A stretch of DNA of 64,000 bases, from positions 384,001 to 448,000 of the forward strand of contig OZ252244.1 in assembly GCA_965249575.1 (NCBI GenBank). The letters run 5' to 3'. The position numbers and the translations under genes are program-made. Below, in pieces: positions 22,968 through 32,756 of this stretch. The first letter of the stretch is position 1. Each line of letters begins with the position of its first letter. The notes below the pieces were generated by a model. That model ran no database searches. It was not told the DNA's origin and saw only the letters and a program-made list of their open reading frames with translations. Origin of the DNA: Gemmatimonadales bacterium (lineage in GTDB: Bacteria; Gemmatimonadota; Gemmatimonadetes; Gemmatimonadales; GWC2-71-9).

Positions 22968-23957
22968 CTAGGCCTGGTCGTCGGATTCCACCGTGACGAC
23001 CACACACCCCTTCTTCTGCCCCGATTCGATATAGCTGTGCGCCTCCGCAGTCTGCTCCAACGGATAGCGTCTATCGATGACCGATCTGAGCTTTCCCGCC
23101 TCGATGAGCTCCCTGAGAGAAACCAGACCCTCAGCCGTTTCGCTTGCGAACTCGACGATCACCTTCTTGCTGCTCGTCATCGAAGTCCAGACCGCGCGAA
23201 ACATATGCCGCAGCGCGGGGTTGCCCAGGAGATAGCGGCCGTTTCGTCTCAGCGATCTCAAACTTCCCGAGAACGAGCTCTTGTCTACCACGTCGAAGAT
23301 GACGTCGTACGTTCCGCGGCTTTCCGTGAAATCCTCTCGAGTGTAGTCGATGACGTGGTCCGCCCCAATGGAGCGCAGCATGTCCAGCTTTTCCGTGCTG
23401 TCCACACCAGTCACCTCAGCCCCGAAGTGCTTGGCGAGTTGGATCGCGAATGTACCTATGCTCCCGGCCGCTCCATTGACGAGAACCCTGTCGCCTCTCT
23501 GGATGTTTGCCTTGCGCATGAAATGCAGTGTATTGAGTCCCCCAATGGGAACGGAGGCGGCTTCGTCATAGGTCATATTGGCCGGTTTGATTGCCATCGG
23601 ATACTTACTTGGGAGGCATACGTACTCGGCGCAGGCACCAAAGACGAAGCCGGTAGCCGCAAAAACCTCGTCGCCTGCTCGGAATCGCGTCACGCCTCTA
23701 CCTACCGCTTCGACTTTTCCGGCTAGATACAATCCCGGTATGAAATTCTTCCTGGGTTTTCTGATACCGATGACCACTCGGAGTGGGAGCCAGAAGAGCA
23801 GCGCGATCTGGAAGCGTCGAACCTCACAATCCCCGGCGGTTATTTCAGCTGCACGTATCTTGATGAGGACTCCATCGTCCTTGGGAGTGGGCTTATCGAC
23901 TTCCTTGAGTTGAAGGACGTCCGGTGGTCCGTATTCCGTGCAGACGATGGCTTTCAT
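22968..23957 (-). CDS. NAD(P)-dependent MDR-family oxidoreductase
   Basis: YGPPDVL, VLVNGAAGSIG, GADHVIDY, VIDRRYPLE. Confidence 0.9.
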   Translation of the reverse strand: MKAIVCTEYGPPDVLQLKEVDKPTPKDDGVLIKIRAAEITAGDCEVRRFQIALLFWLPLRVVIGIRKPRKNFIPGLYLAGKVEAVGRGVTRFRAGDEVFAATGFVFGACAEYVCLPSKYPMAIKPANMTYDEAASVPIGGLNTLHFMRKANIQRGDRVLVNGAAGSIGTFAIQLAKHFGAEVTGVDSTEKLDMLRSIGADHVIDYTREDFTESRGTYDVIFDVVDKSSFSGSLRSLRRNGRYLLGNPALRHMFRAVWTSMTSSKKVIVEFASETAEGLVSLRELIEAGKLRSVIDRRYPLEQTAEAHSYIESGQKKGCVVVTVESDDQA

Positions 23958-24073
23958 AGAGACTTCCCTCTAAGTTCTGCCCTTGTAGGGACTGAAGACA
24001 TGATCCTCTCGTCGACGAGCCGCGAAGAGGAGCCCTACCCCACACTACGCTGAAGCATACTCTCGGGAGCCCC

Positions 24074-25054
24074 ATGAAAGCGATCGTATTCACTCGATAT
24101 GGGCCTCCGGACGTTCTGCAGCTCAAAGAGGTGGCAAAGCCAGCTCCCAAGGACAACCAAGTCCTCATACGAATCCATGCCACGACGGTGACGTCGGGGG
24201 ACGCGAGGCTGCGAAGTGTCAACGTCCCTACCGGGTTCCGGCTCATCATGCGCATCGTGTTCGGCTTCACGGGACCACGGAAACCAATTCTCGGGATGGA
24301 GTTAGCCGGGAAGATCGAATCCGTCGGCAAGGATATAGAGCTATTCAAAGAAGGGGATCAGGTTTTCGGGGCGGGTTCCGGCTGCCATGCGGAGTACACC
24401 TGTCTGCCTGAGGACGAGGCGTTGGCGACCAAGCCCGTCAATCTGACCTACGAGGAAGCCGCCGCCGTTCCGTTCGGGGCACTATCCTCGTTGGTCTACC
24501 TCAGAGACTTTGGACGGATTCAGAGCGGCCAGAAAGTCCTCATCAACGGGGCTTCCGGAGCGCTGGGCACATTTGCGGTACAGCTCGCCAAACACTTTGG
24601 CGCCGAAGTGACCGGGGTGTGCAGCACCCCCAATCTCGAGCTGGTGAAATCGCTCGGCGCCGATGAGGTCATCGATTACACCAAGGAGGACTTTACCAAG
24701 AACGGCGAGACCTACGACATCATCTTCGACACCGTAGGTAAGACGTCCTTTTCGCGATGCAAGGCCTCACTGAAGCAGGACGGCCGCTGTCTCCTCGCTG
24801 TCGCCGGAATCCCAGATTTTCTCCGAATGCTGTGGACCTCGATAACAGGCGGTAAGAAAGTGGTGGGTGGGGTAGCAGCCTTCAAGAAAGCAGATTTGGT
24901 TTTCGTCAAGGACCTCATCGAGGCGGGCAGGATAAAGCCGGTTATCGACAGACGCTACCCGCTGGAACGGATCGCCGACGCTCATCGGTACGTTGATAAG
25001 GGGCACAAGAAGGGAAGTGTCGTAATCGTGGTAAAACACGATGACAAGGCCTGA
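24074..25054 (+). CDS. NAD(P)-dependent MDR-family oxidoreductase (divergently transcribed paralogue)
   Basis: YGPPDVL, VLINGASGALG, GADEVIDY, VIDRRYPLE. Confidence 0.9.
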   Translation: MKAIVFTRYGPPDVLQLKEVAKPAPKDNQVLIRIHATTVTSGDARLRSVNVPTGFRLIMRIVFGFTGPRKPILGMELAGKIESVGKDIELFKEGDQVFGAGSGCHAEYTCLPEDEALATKPVNLTYEEAAAVPFGALSSLVYLRDFGRIQSGQKVLINGASGALGTFAVQLAKHFGAEVTGVCSTPNLELVKSLGADEVIDYTKEDFTKNGETYDIIFDTVGKTSFSRCKASLKQDGRCLLAVAGIPDFLRMLWTSITGGKKVVGGVAAFKKADLVFVKDLIEAGRIKPVIDRRYPLERIADAHRYVDKGHKKGSVVIVVKHDDKA

Positions 25055-25227
25055 CGAAGCGCTAGACCTCCTGGCCCGTTGCTCGCAGTGATCCCGCTTC
25101 GGAGTCCTCTCGACAACCGACGGCTACAACCTCTGGATCTTCCCAGAGAGCGCACCCGTCACCTACATCGCCGGTGTCACGATCCCGAGAGCGGGCACGG
25201 AGCGGCAGACCAAGTTGTGCGGTCGCA

Positions 25228-25967
25228 TCAAAACCTCACCGACGCACCGAGGCCGAAGCGGCCGGTGCCCTGCGGCACGATGCCCAGGCGGAAGCGATCG
25301 AGGGGCACCTCGTCCCAGCGATCGTACGGAAGGGGAGGCCGATGAGCGCGCCCGTGACAGCGCCAACGGCGGCACCACCCGCCGCGGCTGCAAGAGAATC
25401 CCCCCGCCTCCGCTGTCTCCCCCATCACCTATTCCTCCGGCGGCGGCTATAAGAGCAACCGGTGCGGCGATTGTACCAACAACGAGGCCGATTGCCGCGC
25501 CCCTGCCCGCGTTCGACCGCATCCCCCGGTGGACCTCGAATCGAGTCACTCTTTCCATCCCCACCCGCGTTGAACCCACGACGAGCGTGTCGGCGTCGAG
25601 CCTGGTCAGTATCCCGGCGTGCCCATTGAGTCCCGCAGTTGGGGCGGTGATGCGCACCCGCGTAAGCAGGCCGGATTCGGGGGGCTGCCCCCGAACTCGA
25701 ACCTCGCGACCCACTCCATGGGAATTCGCACCAGATCAGCCTGCCCCGAAACGTACATCACGAGCGTGTCCAGTTTCGCCGAGACGAATGCTCCCTCGGC
25801 TGCGCGGACGACTCCAACCGACAGCGCACTCGGGGCGTTGAGGACGGCGCGCATTCTCGTGCCGCGCTCGACCCCCGCCCCCTGTGCACGAGGTTCGGCC
25901 GGCACGAACCGCGACACCCAGGTTATCGGCAGCACAACGAGTCCGGCCTGCTTACGCGGGTGCGCAT
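25228..25967 (-). pseudogene. fragmented secreted/membrane hypothetical protein
   Basis: GGAGG RBS plus ATG at 25967; pieces in different frames (AQGAGVERGTRMR.., TRVRITAP..GRGAAIGLVVG, RWDEVPLDRFRLGIVP..GLGASVRF). Confidence 0.5.
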
Positions 25968-25968
25968 C
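25649..25968. repeat. perfect 27-bp inverted repeat flanking 266 bp
   Basis: GATGCGCACCCGCGTAAGCAGGCCGGA at 25649-25675 and its exact reverse complement at 25942-25968. Confidence 0.9.
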
Positions 25969-26001
25969 GTCGAGACCTCCCAGTCTCGAAGGCCGGGCCG
26001 G

Positions 26002-26493
26002 TCACGATCCGGGGCACGGCGGCGACGCGAAGTTCGTGTTGTCGTGCACCACCTTCCATTCTCCATCGCGACGCTGCCAGACGAAGGTCCAGACGCCACA
26101 GAAGGAGCTGAGAGGCTCGCCAGAGACGAATTGCTCGGCCGAAAAGGAATTCGTGGTGAGGGCGGATTCCCGACCGAGGATCAGGACCTCGATGTCCGAC
26201 GCTTCGATGCCCAGCGAATCCAGGCCTGCGAAATACGTGGAGTCGTCGATGTATACTGTTTCCGTCGACCTGAAGGTCGCGCCCGCCGGATGACGAATGT
26301 CCGGGCCGGAGGCGTACCACTTCGTGCTGTACTGGGGATCGGATTCACCTATCATCATGGCGATGTCCCGGACCGCCGCTGTGAGGAAGCTGCCAATCGA
26401 GGAGCGCTCGGCCTGAGTCAGCGGGCCCGGCACGGCCTGGCAGCCGGCCAACCCAATGAGGCTAGCGGCCGCGAAGAATCGGGTAAGTCGCAT
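26002..26493 (-). CDS. NTF2/SnoaL-like (DUF4440) lipoprotein
   Basis: lipobox LAGC, C-terminal TFVWQRRDGEWKVVH. Confidence 0.7.
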   Translation of the reverse strand: MRLTRFFAAASLIGLAGCQAVPGPLTQAERSSIGSFLTAAVRDIAMMIGESDPQYSTKWYASGPDIRHPAGATFRSTETVYIDDSTYFAGLDSLGIEASDIEVLILGRESALTTNSFSAEQFVSGEPLSSFCGVWTFVWQRRDGEWKVVHDNTNFASPPCPGS

Positions 26494-26716
26494 TGGTTCC
26501 TCTCGAGGGGGCATACGAGTAGACCGTGTTCCACCCGTCGCCAACGTCATACCGGAGACGAGGGAAGCGGGAACCGGCCAGAAACAGATGGGTGTGGTGC
26601 TGCGGCCGCAATCGGGGACTTCCCTAGGCAACCGGCGGGGAATCCCCCATGGGTCTTGTGGGGTCAAGTGGAAAGTGCTGACGTTCCGTTCGTTGAGCGG
26701 GCTACAACCTCATCCC

Positions 26717-26923
26717 CTACCCATGTTTCACGCAATCGTAGTACGGAAAATTCACCTCGCAGGACCATCCGGGGCAGCACGCCCACTTGTTGCAATCAAA
26801 ATTGGTGTTGCATCCGGATACTCCGGGGCCGGTCGAATCACTACAGCCTGTCGTTGCCGGTGACATCGCTGACAGCCCGAGTAGCAGGACCACCTGGAAC
26901 ATGCGCTTGCCTAGTTTTCTCAC
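26717..26923 (-). CDS. small lipoprotein with six-Cys knottin-like C-terminus
   Basis: GAGG RBS, GTG start, basic then hydrophobic leader, TGCSDSTGP, then C-x5-C-x4-CC-x4-C-x8-C. Confidence 0.6.
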   Translation of the reverse strand: MRKLGKRMFQVVLLLGLSAMSPATTGCSDSTGPGVSGCNTNFDCNKWACCPGWSCEVNFPYYDCVKHG

Positions 26924-27199
26924 GGCGCCAACCTCGTTTGAGCTCGGACAGTTATTGGCCGGTGCCGTCAAGCGGGCGTCAAGCAATTCTCCCGGGCACA
27001 TGTGGTTGATCCGGGTCTCGGCGTCGGGCGGGAGTAACTTCGGGCGCCGGTCTGTCGGCGCTTTCTCAAGGGGCTATCGAGGCGCGGGAGCTGCGTCGTA
27101 TCTGGTCAGAGGAGTGTCGAGGGGCATCAGCGGCGGAGAGGGTCCGGTAAGATCATCCGCAGACCTCGGCCCGCCTTCCTCGGATCTCAACACCATCAT

Positions 27200-28318
27200 C
27201 TAGCTTACCGCCAACGCGTACTCCTGCACGGCCTCCTGCACGAAATCGAAGCCGACTCCGGGCCGGTCCGGCAGCACGAGCGCGCCGTCGCGGACCTCGG
27301 TCTTCTGGTCGATCAGCCATCCGAAGTTGAGCACGCTCTCGTCGGGAAAGTATTCGACGAGGAGCCCGTTGGGGACGGTACTCACGAGGTGAAGGTGAAA
27401 GTGGTGAAACCAGTCCGGAGCCATCGTCGCGCCATGCGCCGCCGCGAGCTTCGCAATCCGATTCCACTCCGTCACCCCACCGCACCGCGGTGCCTCCGCC
27501 TGGAGAATGCTCGCCGCTTTCCGCTCCAGGATAGTCTCGAATGCCGGAAGCCCATAGTAGAACTCTCCGGTGGCGACCGGTTGGGGAATCCGCTCCGCGA
27601 GGCGCACATAGCTCTCGAGATCGTCCGGCGGGAAGGGATCCTCGATCCAGTACGGATCGAACTGCTGGCACATCTCGACGTACGGCAAGGCCGTCGCGAG
27701 GTCGTCCCACGCCAGGTAGAAATCGAGCATGAGATGCCGGTCCGGCCCGAGTACGTCGCGAACCGCCCCGATGCGCCGCTCCTCTTCGGCCACAGTCCCC
27801 TTCCCGGCCTTGATCTTGACGGCGTCGAATCCCATGCCCACGTAGCCGGTGGCCTCTGCGGCGAGATCTTCAGGGCCTTTGCCCTCTGCGTAGTAGCCGC
27901 CTGAGGCGTAGGCGGGCACCGTCGGACCGCTGCTGCCGCCCAGCGCCTCATGCAGCGGCCGGCCGACCACCCGGGCCCGCCGATCCCACAACGCGATGTC
28001 GATGGCGCTGATGGCATTCTTGATCAATCCCGCGCGTCCCTGAATGAGCACGGCGCGATACATCGCGTCCCAGCGCGCTTCGATATCATCTGCCTCGCTG
28101 CCAACGAGGACCGGCACTAGCAGATCGCTGGCGGCAATGGCCGCGCCCCGCGCCCCCGCGGTCCCGACGTAGCTGAATCCGATGCCCCGGCTGCCGTCGT
28201 CGCATTCGAGCTCGACGAGGAGATAGTCCCGATGTCGAAACGTCGCCGCCGAAGCGACCATCGGTTTCGCAAGTGGGACGCGGACGGGAATGATGCGAAC
28301 GGTGGCGATCTTGGCCAT
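27200..28318 (-). CDS. mandelate racemase/muconate lactonizing enzyme family
   Basis: SAIDIALWD, AYASGGYY, KIK, LMLD, WIEDP, ATGE, GGVTEW. Confidence 0.9.
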   Translation of the reverse strand: MAKIATVRIIPVRVPLAKPMVASAATFRHRDYLLVELECDDGSRGIGFSYVGTAGARGAAIAASDLLVPVLVGSEADDIEARWDAMYRAVLIQGRAGLIKNAISAIDIALWDRRARVVGRPLHEALGGSSGPTVPAYASGGYYAEGKGPEDLAAEATGYVGMGFDAVKIKAGKGTVAEEERRIGAVRDVLGPDRHLMLDFYLAWDDLATALPYVEMCQQFDPYWIEDPFPPDDLESYVRLAERIPQPVATGEFYYGLPAFETILERKAASILQAEAPRCGGVTEWNRIAKLAAAHGATMAPDWFHHFHLHLVSTVPNGLLVEYFPDESVLNFGWLIDQKTEVRDGALVLPDRPGVGFDFVQEAVQEYALAVS

Positions 28319-28448
28319 TTGCACTCCGTATGACTCAGAACTCGCGCCCGACGTTTCTTCTTTGTTGCACGGGATTGCGGAGCGACTCGCCCTCGATGAA
28401 CCGACAGACGCAATGGAGGAAGGAAATGGCCGGCCCTGGACGGCCCGC

Positions 28449-28970
28449 CTATCCGCTGCTTCTACTCGTATCGACGTTCAGCTCGAAACACTTCCTGCCC
28501 ACCCCGTGGCTCCAGAAGTCAGCCGGCGCCCGGCGCGCGTGCGCCGGCAACTCTCGATCGAAGCTCGCACAAAGCTCGTAGGTACGCTCATCCAACTGGG
28601 CGTAGCCATACCGCTCAGCCGAGCCCGGATCGTGGGTCTTCACCCGATCACAGCGGGGTTGCCTCGCCGCCTCACTCGGCACTGGGGGGTGGGTAGGTGG
28701 GTTGGGCGGGCTGTTCAACTCACCCTGCGGCGCGCTGCAAACGCGCGGGTCCGCCATCAAGTCTTCAAGAGATGCTGGCAGGCGTTCGTGACGGATCCAG
28801 AATGAATCGATCGCCACCATGATCCCCCTGAGGTCCCGAATCCGGGCCGAATCGAGTCGCTGAAGGCGCCCTTCGACCGGCGATCCGACCAGCATCACTC
28901 CGGCGATGATCGATACCACGACCACGGTCATGCCGGCAGCCACTATGGTTTGTCCAAGAGACGGCTTCAA
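28449..28970 (-). CDS. hypothetical membrane-anchored protein (partner of DUF5671 gene) with an apparent in-frame insertion
   Basis: GSP..R...D..R..DL, LP.SL..L, DP...Y.Y.....YELCASF; overlaps the stop of the upstream gene. Confidence 0.65.
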   Translation of the reverse strand: MKPSLGQTIVAAGMTVVVVSIIAGVMLVGSPVEGRLQRLDSARIRDLRGIMVAIDSFWIRHERLPASLEDLMADPRVCSAPQGELNSPPNPPTHPPVPSEAARQPRCDRVKTHDPGSAERYGYAQLDERTYELCASFDRELPAHARRAPADFWSHGVGRKCFELNVDTSRSSG

Positions 28971-29614
28971 CCTCCCACCTCCTTCTCGTCGCGCCGAAGA
29001 TCCGTGAGATAGTAGATGAAGGCAGTGCTGGAGATGCTTCCAGCCGTCAGGACCTTGAGTAGAAACCGAGCGGTGACTTCTCCACCGAGGAGGTTGTAGA
29101 CCAAGCCGGTAGAGGTACCAATAAGGACGCCTGATGCAATCGCGAGGGTCAGGTAGGTTAGCCAGCGGCGTACCGGCGACGTTCGCTTCAGTGGTGATCG
29201 GGCGATCGCTCGGCTATTGGTCCTTGCCGCATAGAGAAAGACGGGCGTCGCGACCACGAGTGATGCAATCGACCACCGGATGATCTCCGGTATCGCGTCG
29301 ATTTGGTTTTGCGACCACAGCGGGTCCGGTAACGCGAGGTTGATGAATTGGAAGAGCAGGCTGCCCAAGCTGTAGGCACACAAATAGAGTGTCCCGAAGA
29401 GGACCAGGTACTCGAACGCCTCTCGAGCCGAGAGTGACGGGCGTGGTCGTGGCACGGCAATGGGGAAGTCGACCGCCGCAAACGATAGGAGCGCCGCCTG
29501 CACCTCTTCGTCCGACCAATCAGCCCGACTCAGCACGCCCCTGATCTCGTCGCGTGGCAGGCCCCGATTCAGGGCCTCTCGGATGAATGCCGTCAGGTCG
29601 TCATTGACCGCCAT
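28967..29614 (-). CDS. DUF5671-like membrane protein
   Basis: PVPRP-like SAREAF.YL, IRWSIASLVV..P, RRWLTYLTL, YNLL.GE.T.RF.LK. Confidence 0.75.
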   Translation of the reverse strand: MAVNDDLTAFIREALNRGLPRDEIRGVLSRADWSDEEVQAALLSFAAVDFPIAVPRPRPSLSAREAFEYLVLFGTLYLCAYSLGSLLFQFINLALPDPLWSQNQIDAIPEIIRWSIASLVVATPVFLYAARTNSRAIARSPLKRTSPVRRWLTYLTLAIASGVLIGTSTGLVYNLLGGEVTARFLLKVLTAGSISSTAFIYYLTDLRRDEKEVGG

Positions 29615-29887
29615 AAAGGCTCTCCGTCCTAGGGCCGCCTAACTCATCGTCGCGAGTATTCACCGGAATATGCGGCACGGGGGCTCACCGTCCAGTGTGC
29701 AACGTCGAATCGCGGTCGCGATCGTAGTCGATGTACAAGATCGGGTGTCAGGATCGCGCGAGCCCTTGGCAATCACTCACTCCATCTTCGAGCCACACAG
29801 TGGTTTGACATCCCCCGGGTCGACGGCGAGCATTGTCTCGATCCCGTCCTAGCCACGCACCTCGTACGCGGCTTCGGAGGCTCCACG

Positions 29888-31540
29888 ATGTTCCTTTCGC
29901 TTGATTGCCGTATTCCCGTTTACTTCACTGCCGCGCTCGTGCTTGCTGCGGCTTGTGCTCCACCGAGCGAGCCCGGCGGCGCCAGCCACGAAGATCTGGT
30001 CGCGCTGTTCGAGGAATGGCGGGACTTCCAGAGACCCACGCTCGCAGCGGGTGCCCCGGACTACACCGCCGCGGCCATGGAAACCCAACGCGCTGAGTTG
30101 CCCCGGTACCAGCGCCGGCTGACCGCCATCGACACGAGTGGCTGGTCCGTGAGTCAGCAAGTGGACTACCACCTGGTCCGCGCCGAGATGAACGGGCTGG
30201 ATTTTGACCACCGCGTACTCCGGCCGTGGGCCAGGAACCCGGAGTTCTACGTCTCGGTGTTTCCGTCGCAGAGCGATCAACCCGCCCGCGAGGGCCCCAC
30301 GGCCTACGGAGCGGTCGAGGTGTGGAAGTATCAATTCCCGTTGACGGCCGATCGCGCCGCCGACCTGACCGCGGAGCTGCAGATCATCCCACCGCTCCTG
30401 GAGCAGGCGAGAGACAATCTGGTCGAGGACGCCAGGGATCTCTGGGTGTTCGGGACCGGCAGCATTGCGGAGCAGAGCGACGCCCTGGCAAGCCTGGCCG
30501 CCAGGGTTGCGGGGACGAGCGCGGAGTTGGACGCGGCCATTCGCGATGCGGCCGAGGCCACCGACCGGTTTCACGAGTGGCTCGAGGCCGAGGCGCCATC
30601 CAAGACCGGACCGTCGGGCATCGGTGTCGACAACTACGACTGGTACCTCAGGAACGTCCACCTGGTCCCATACACCTGGCGCGAGCAGGTCACGCTCATG
30701 CGGCGCGAGCTCGCCCGCTCCCACGCCGTGCTTCGGCTCGAGGAGAACCGCAACCGCAAGCTCCCGCAGTTGACCCGCGTCGAGAGCGCCGCGGAGTACG
30801 ACCGCGTTTTCAACGCCGGCGTTACCGAGTACATGTCGTTCCTTCGTGAGCAGGAGATCTTGCCTATCCGCGACTACATGGACGCCGCCCTACGCGCCCG
30901 GATCGGCCGATTCGCCGCCTCAGGGGGGCTCCGCGGGTTCTTCTCGGAAGTGAGTTATCGCGACCCGATGGTGATGCGGACGCACGGCTACCATTGGTTC
31001 GACCTGGCGCGCATGGACAACGAGTCGCACCCCAGCCCGATCAGGCGGGTGCCGCTCCTCTACAACCTCTTCGACAGCCGAACCGAGGGACTGGCGACCG
31101 GCATGGAAGAGATGATGATGCACGCCGGCATGCTGGAGTCCCGCCCCCGTGCCCGCGAGCTCATCTACATCTTGCTCGCCCAGCGGGCGGCACGGGCTCT
31201 GGGCGACCTGTTGATGCACGGCGAGGGATACACCTTAGAGCAGGCAGCGACCTTCGCGTCCTCCTGGACCCCGCGCGGGTGGATGCCCGACGGCAGCCGG
31301 ACGGTCTTGCACGAGCAACATCTCTACCTCCAGCAACCGGCGTACGGCACCAGCTACGTGATGGGCAAGATCCAAATCGAGGACGTCTTGGCCGAGCGGG
31401 CCCGTGAGTTGGGTGACGACTTCACGCTGAAGGGTTTCATGGACGAGCTCAACGGCGCGGGGTTGATTCCGATGTCCCTCATCCGCTGGGAGCTCACCGG
31501 CCACGCCAACGAGATCACCGAGATGACCGCGGCGGAGTGA
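29888..31540 (+). CDS. DUF885-like lipoprotein
   Basis: lipobox AAAC; GIG.DNY.WY, EGLAT..EE, Y.QQP.YG.SY..GK, F.LK.FMD. Confidence 0.7.
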   Translation: MFLSLDCRIPVYFTAALVLAAACAPPSEPGGASHEDLVALFEEWRDFQRPTLAAGAPDYTAAAMETQRAELPRYQRRLTAIDTSGWSVSQQVDYHLVRAEMNGLDFDHRVLRPWARNPEFYVSVFPSQSDQPAREGPTAYGAVEVWKYQFPLTADRAADLTAELQIIPPLLEQARDNLVEDARDLWVFGTGSIAEQSDALASLAARVAGTSAELDAAIRDAAEATDRFHEWLEAEAPSKTGPSGIGVDNYDWYLRNVHLVPYTWREQVTLMRRELARSHAVLRLEENRNRKLPQLTRVESAAEYDRVFNAGVTEYMSFLREQEILPIRDYMDAALRARIGRFAASGGLRGFFSEVSYRDPMVMRTHGYHWFDLARMDNESHPSPIRRVPLLYNLFDSRTEGLATGMEEMMMHAGMLESRPRARELIYILLAQRAARALGDLLMHGEGYTLEQAATFASSWTPRGWMPDGSRTVLHEQHLYLQQPAYGTSYVMGKIQIEDVLAERARELGDDFTLKGFMDELNGAGLIPMSLIRWELTGHANEITEMTAAE

Positions 31541-31678
31541 GTCTCGCTGTGGAGATCCGCATCAAGGGGGGCTGGTGATGGCTCGAGCAAGAGGCCGACC
31601 GGCTCCCCTTCCAAGGGACGCTCCCGAACCTGCCTCGGGACCTGCTGCGGAAGCCCGAGTGACCCCAAATGGAGTCAA

Positions 31679-32146
31679 ATGAACCTGACCAAGACACTGC
31701 AGGCCACGCGTAACACTCGAGATGATCGGCTCGCCACCGGAGCCCGGACCGTTCTGGGAGTCCTGTTCGTGATGAGCGGCGTCATGAAGCTCGCGGTGCC
31801 CACGTTAGGGGCGGCGTTCGCAGGACAGCTGGCGGGAGCGAACATCCCGCTCGAGGATCTGAATCGCTGGATGGTGCCATTCGTGGAGGTCGGTGTCGGC
31901 GCAGTCCTGTTGCTCGGCTACTACACGCGGATCGCCACCCTCCTCGTCTACCCCATCATGATCGTGGCTACGTACGTGCACCTGGTCGTCGACGACCCGT
32001 CACTGTTCCCGCTCCAGCCCGAGCAGCCGATCATTCCGGCCGTGGTAATGGTGCTCGCGGTCTATGTCCTCGTGAAGGGTGGTGGATCCAGGAGCCTGGA
32101 CCTCGCGGCGACGGGGGCGGGGAGGGAGCCTTCCACAGGTCGGTAG
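31679..32146 (+). CDS. DoxX family membrane protein
   Basis: R..LG.LF..SG.MK, VE...G..LL.G..TR, GGGSRSLD. Confidence 0.8.
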   Translation: MNLTKTLQATRNTRDDRLATGARTVLGVLFVMSGVMKLAVPTLGAAFAGQLAGANIPLEDLNRWMVPFVEVGVGAVLLLGYYTRIATLLVYPIMIVATYVHLVVDDPSLFPLQPEQPIIPAVVMVLAVYVLVKGGGSRSLDLAATGAGREPSTGR

Positions 32147-32279
32147 ATCAAGCCGCCTTGAACCGATGGTGGCACAACCCGATATCCTCGCTGGTCCATC
32201 ACGTCCCGACTCGGGGCTCGTTACTGTACGTCGCCGCGGGTCTTAGGACACGGTCAAGTCGGTGCCCGGCGCATTCTCC

Positions 32280-32720
32280 TCAGCACGGGGACGCGACCAC
32301 AACGTTTGCCGTCCCGACGACGTTGTCAGTGTTTGCGGCGATGACGACCGCCCCATTTGCGTGGGCCGTGACCCCCAGCATCGTTGACCGAGGCTATGGC
32401 GTCATCGGATGACGACCAGGCAAACGTCTTATTGTGAAGGATGCCGCCGCTGGAGCAGTACGCGATCGCGCCCAGCTGGACCCGTCCGCCAATTGCGAGG
32501 GTGTCTACCGCGGGCCTGACAACCACCGTCTGAGCGACCGCGTCAGCAACCCGTTGGGCTCGGGCCGCGCGCTGCCGTTCTGCCAGCTGTCGCTTGGCCG
32601 CCCTACAATTCTTCGACTTACTGAAACCAAGGCCGGCCGATATGCCGTGTAATACTCCCATTGCCGCGAAGGAGGTTATGAATCCACTGCTCGTCTCTGG
32701 GTTTGTATTGGGATCGTCGA
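32280..32720 (-). pseudogene. 3' fragment of an Ig-like (Big_2) domain protein, frameshifted
   Basis: VVVRPAVDTL..G..VQL..FAWSSSDDAIASVN, then a shifted VTAHANGAVVIAA..VVGTA; no start codon. Confidence 0.55.
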
Positions 32721-32756
32721 CCTCAATGAGCAAGCCCAGGAGGGGAGGAGGCCCTC

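Noticed and set aside
27003..27150. Kinase C-terminal remnant (LEKAPTDR) on the minus strand
   Set aside because: Too short and degenerate to support by eye.
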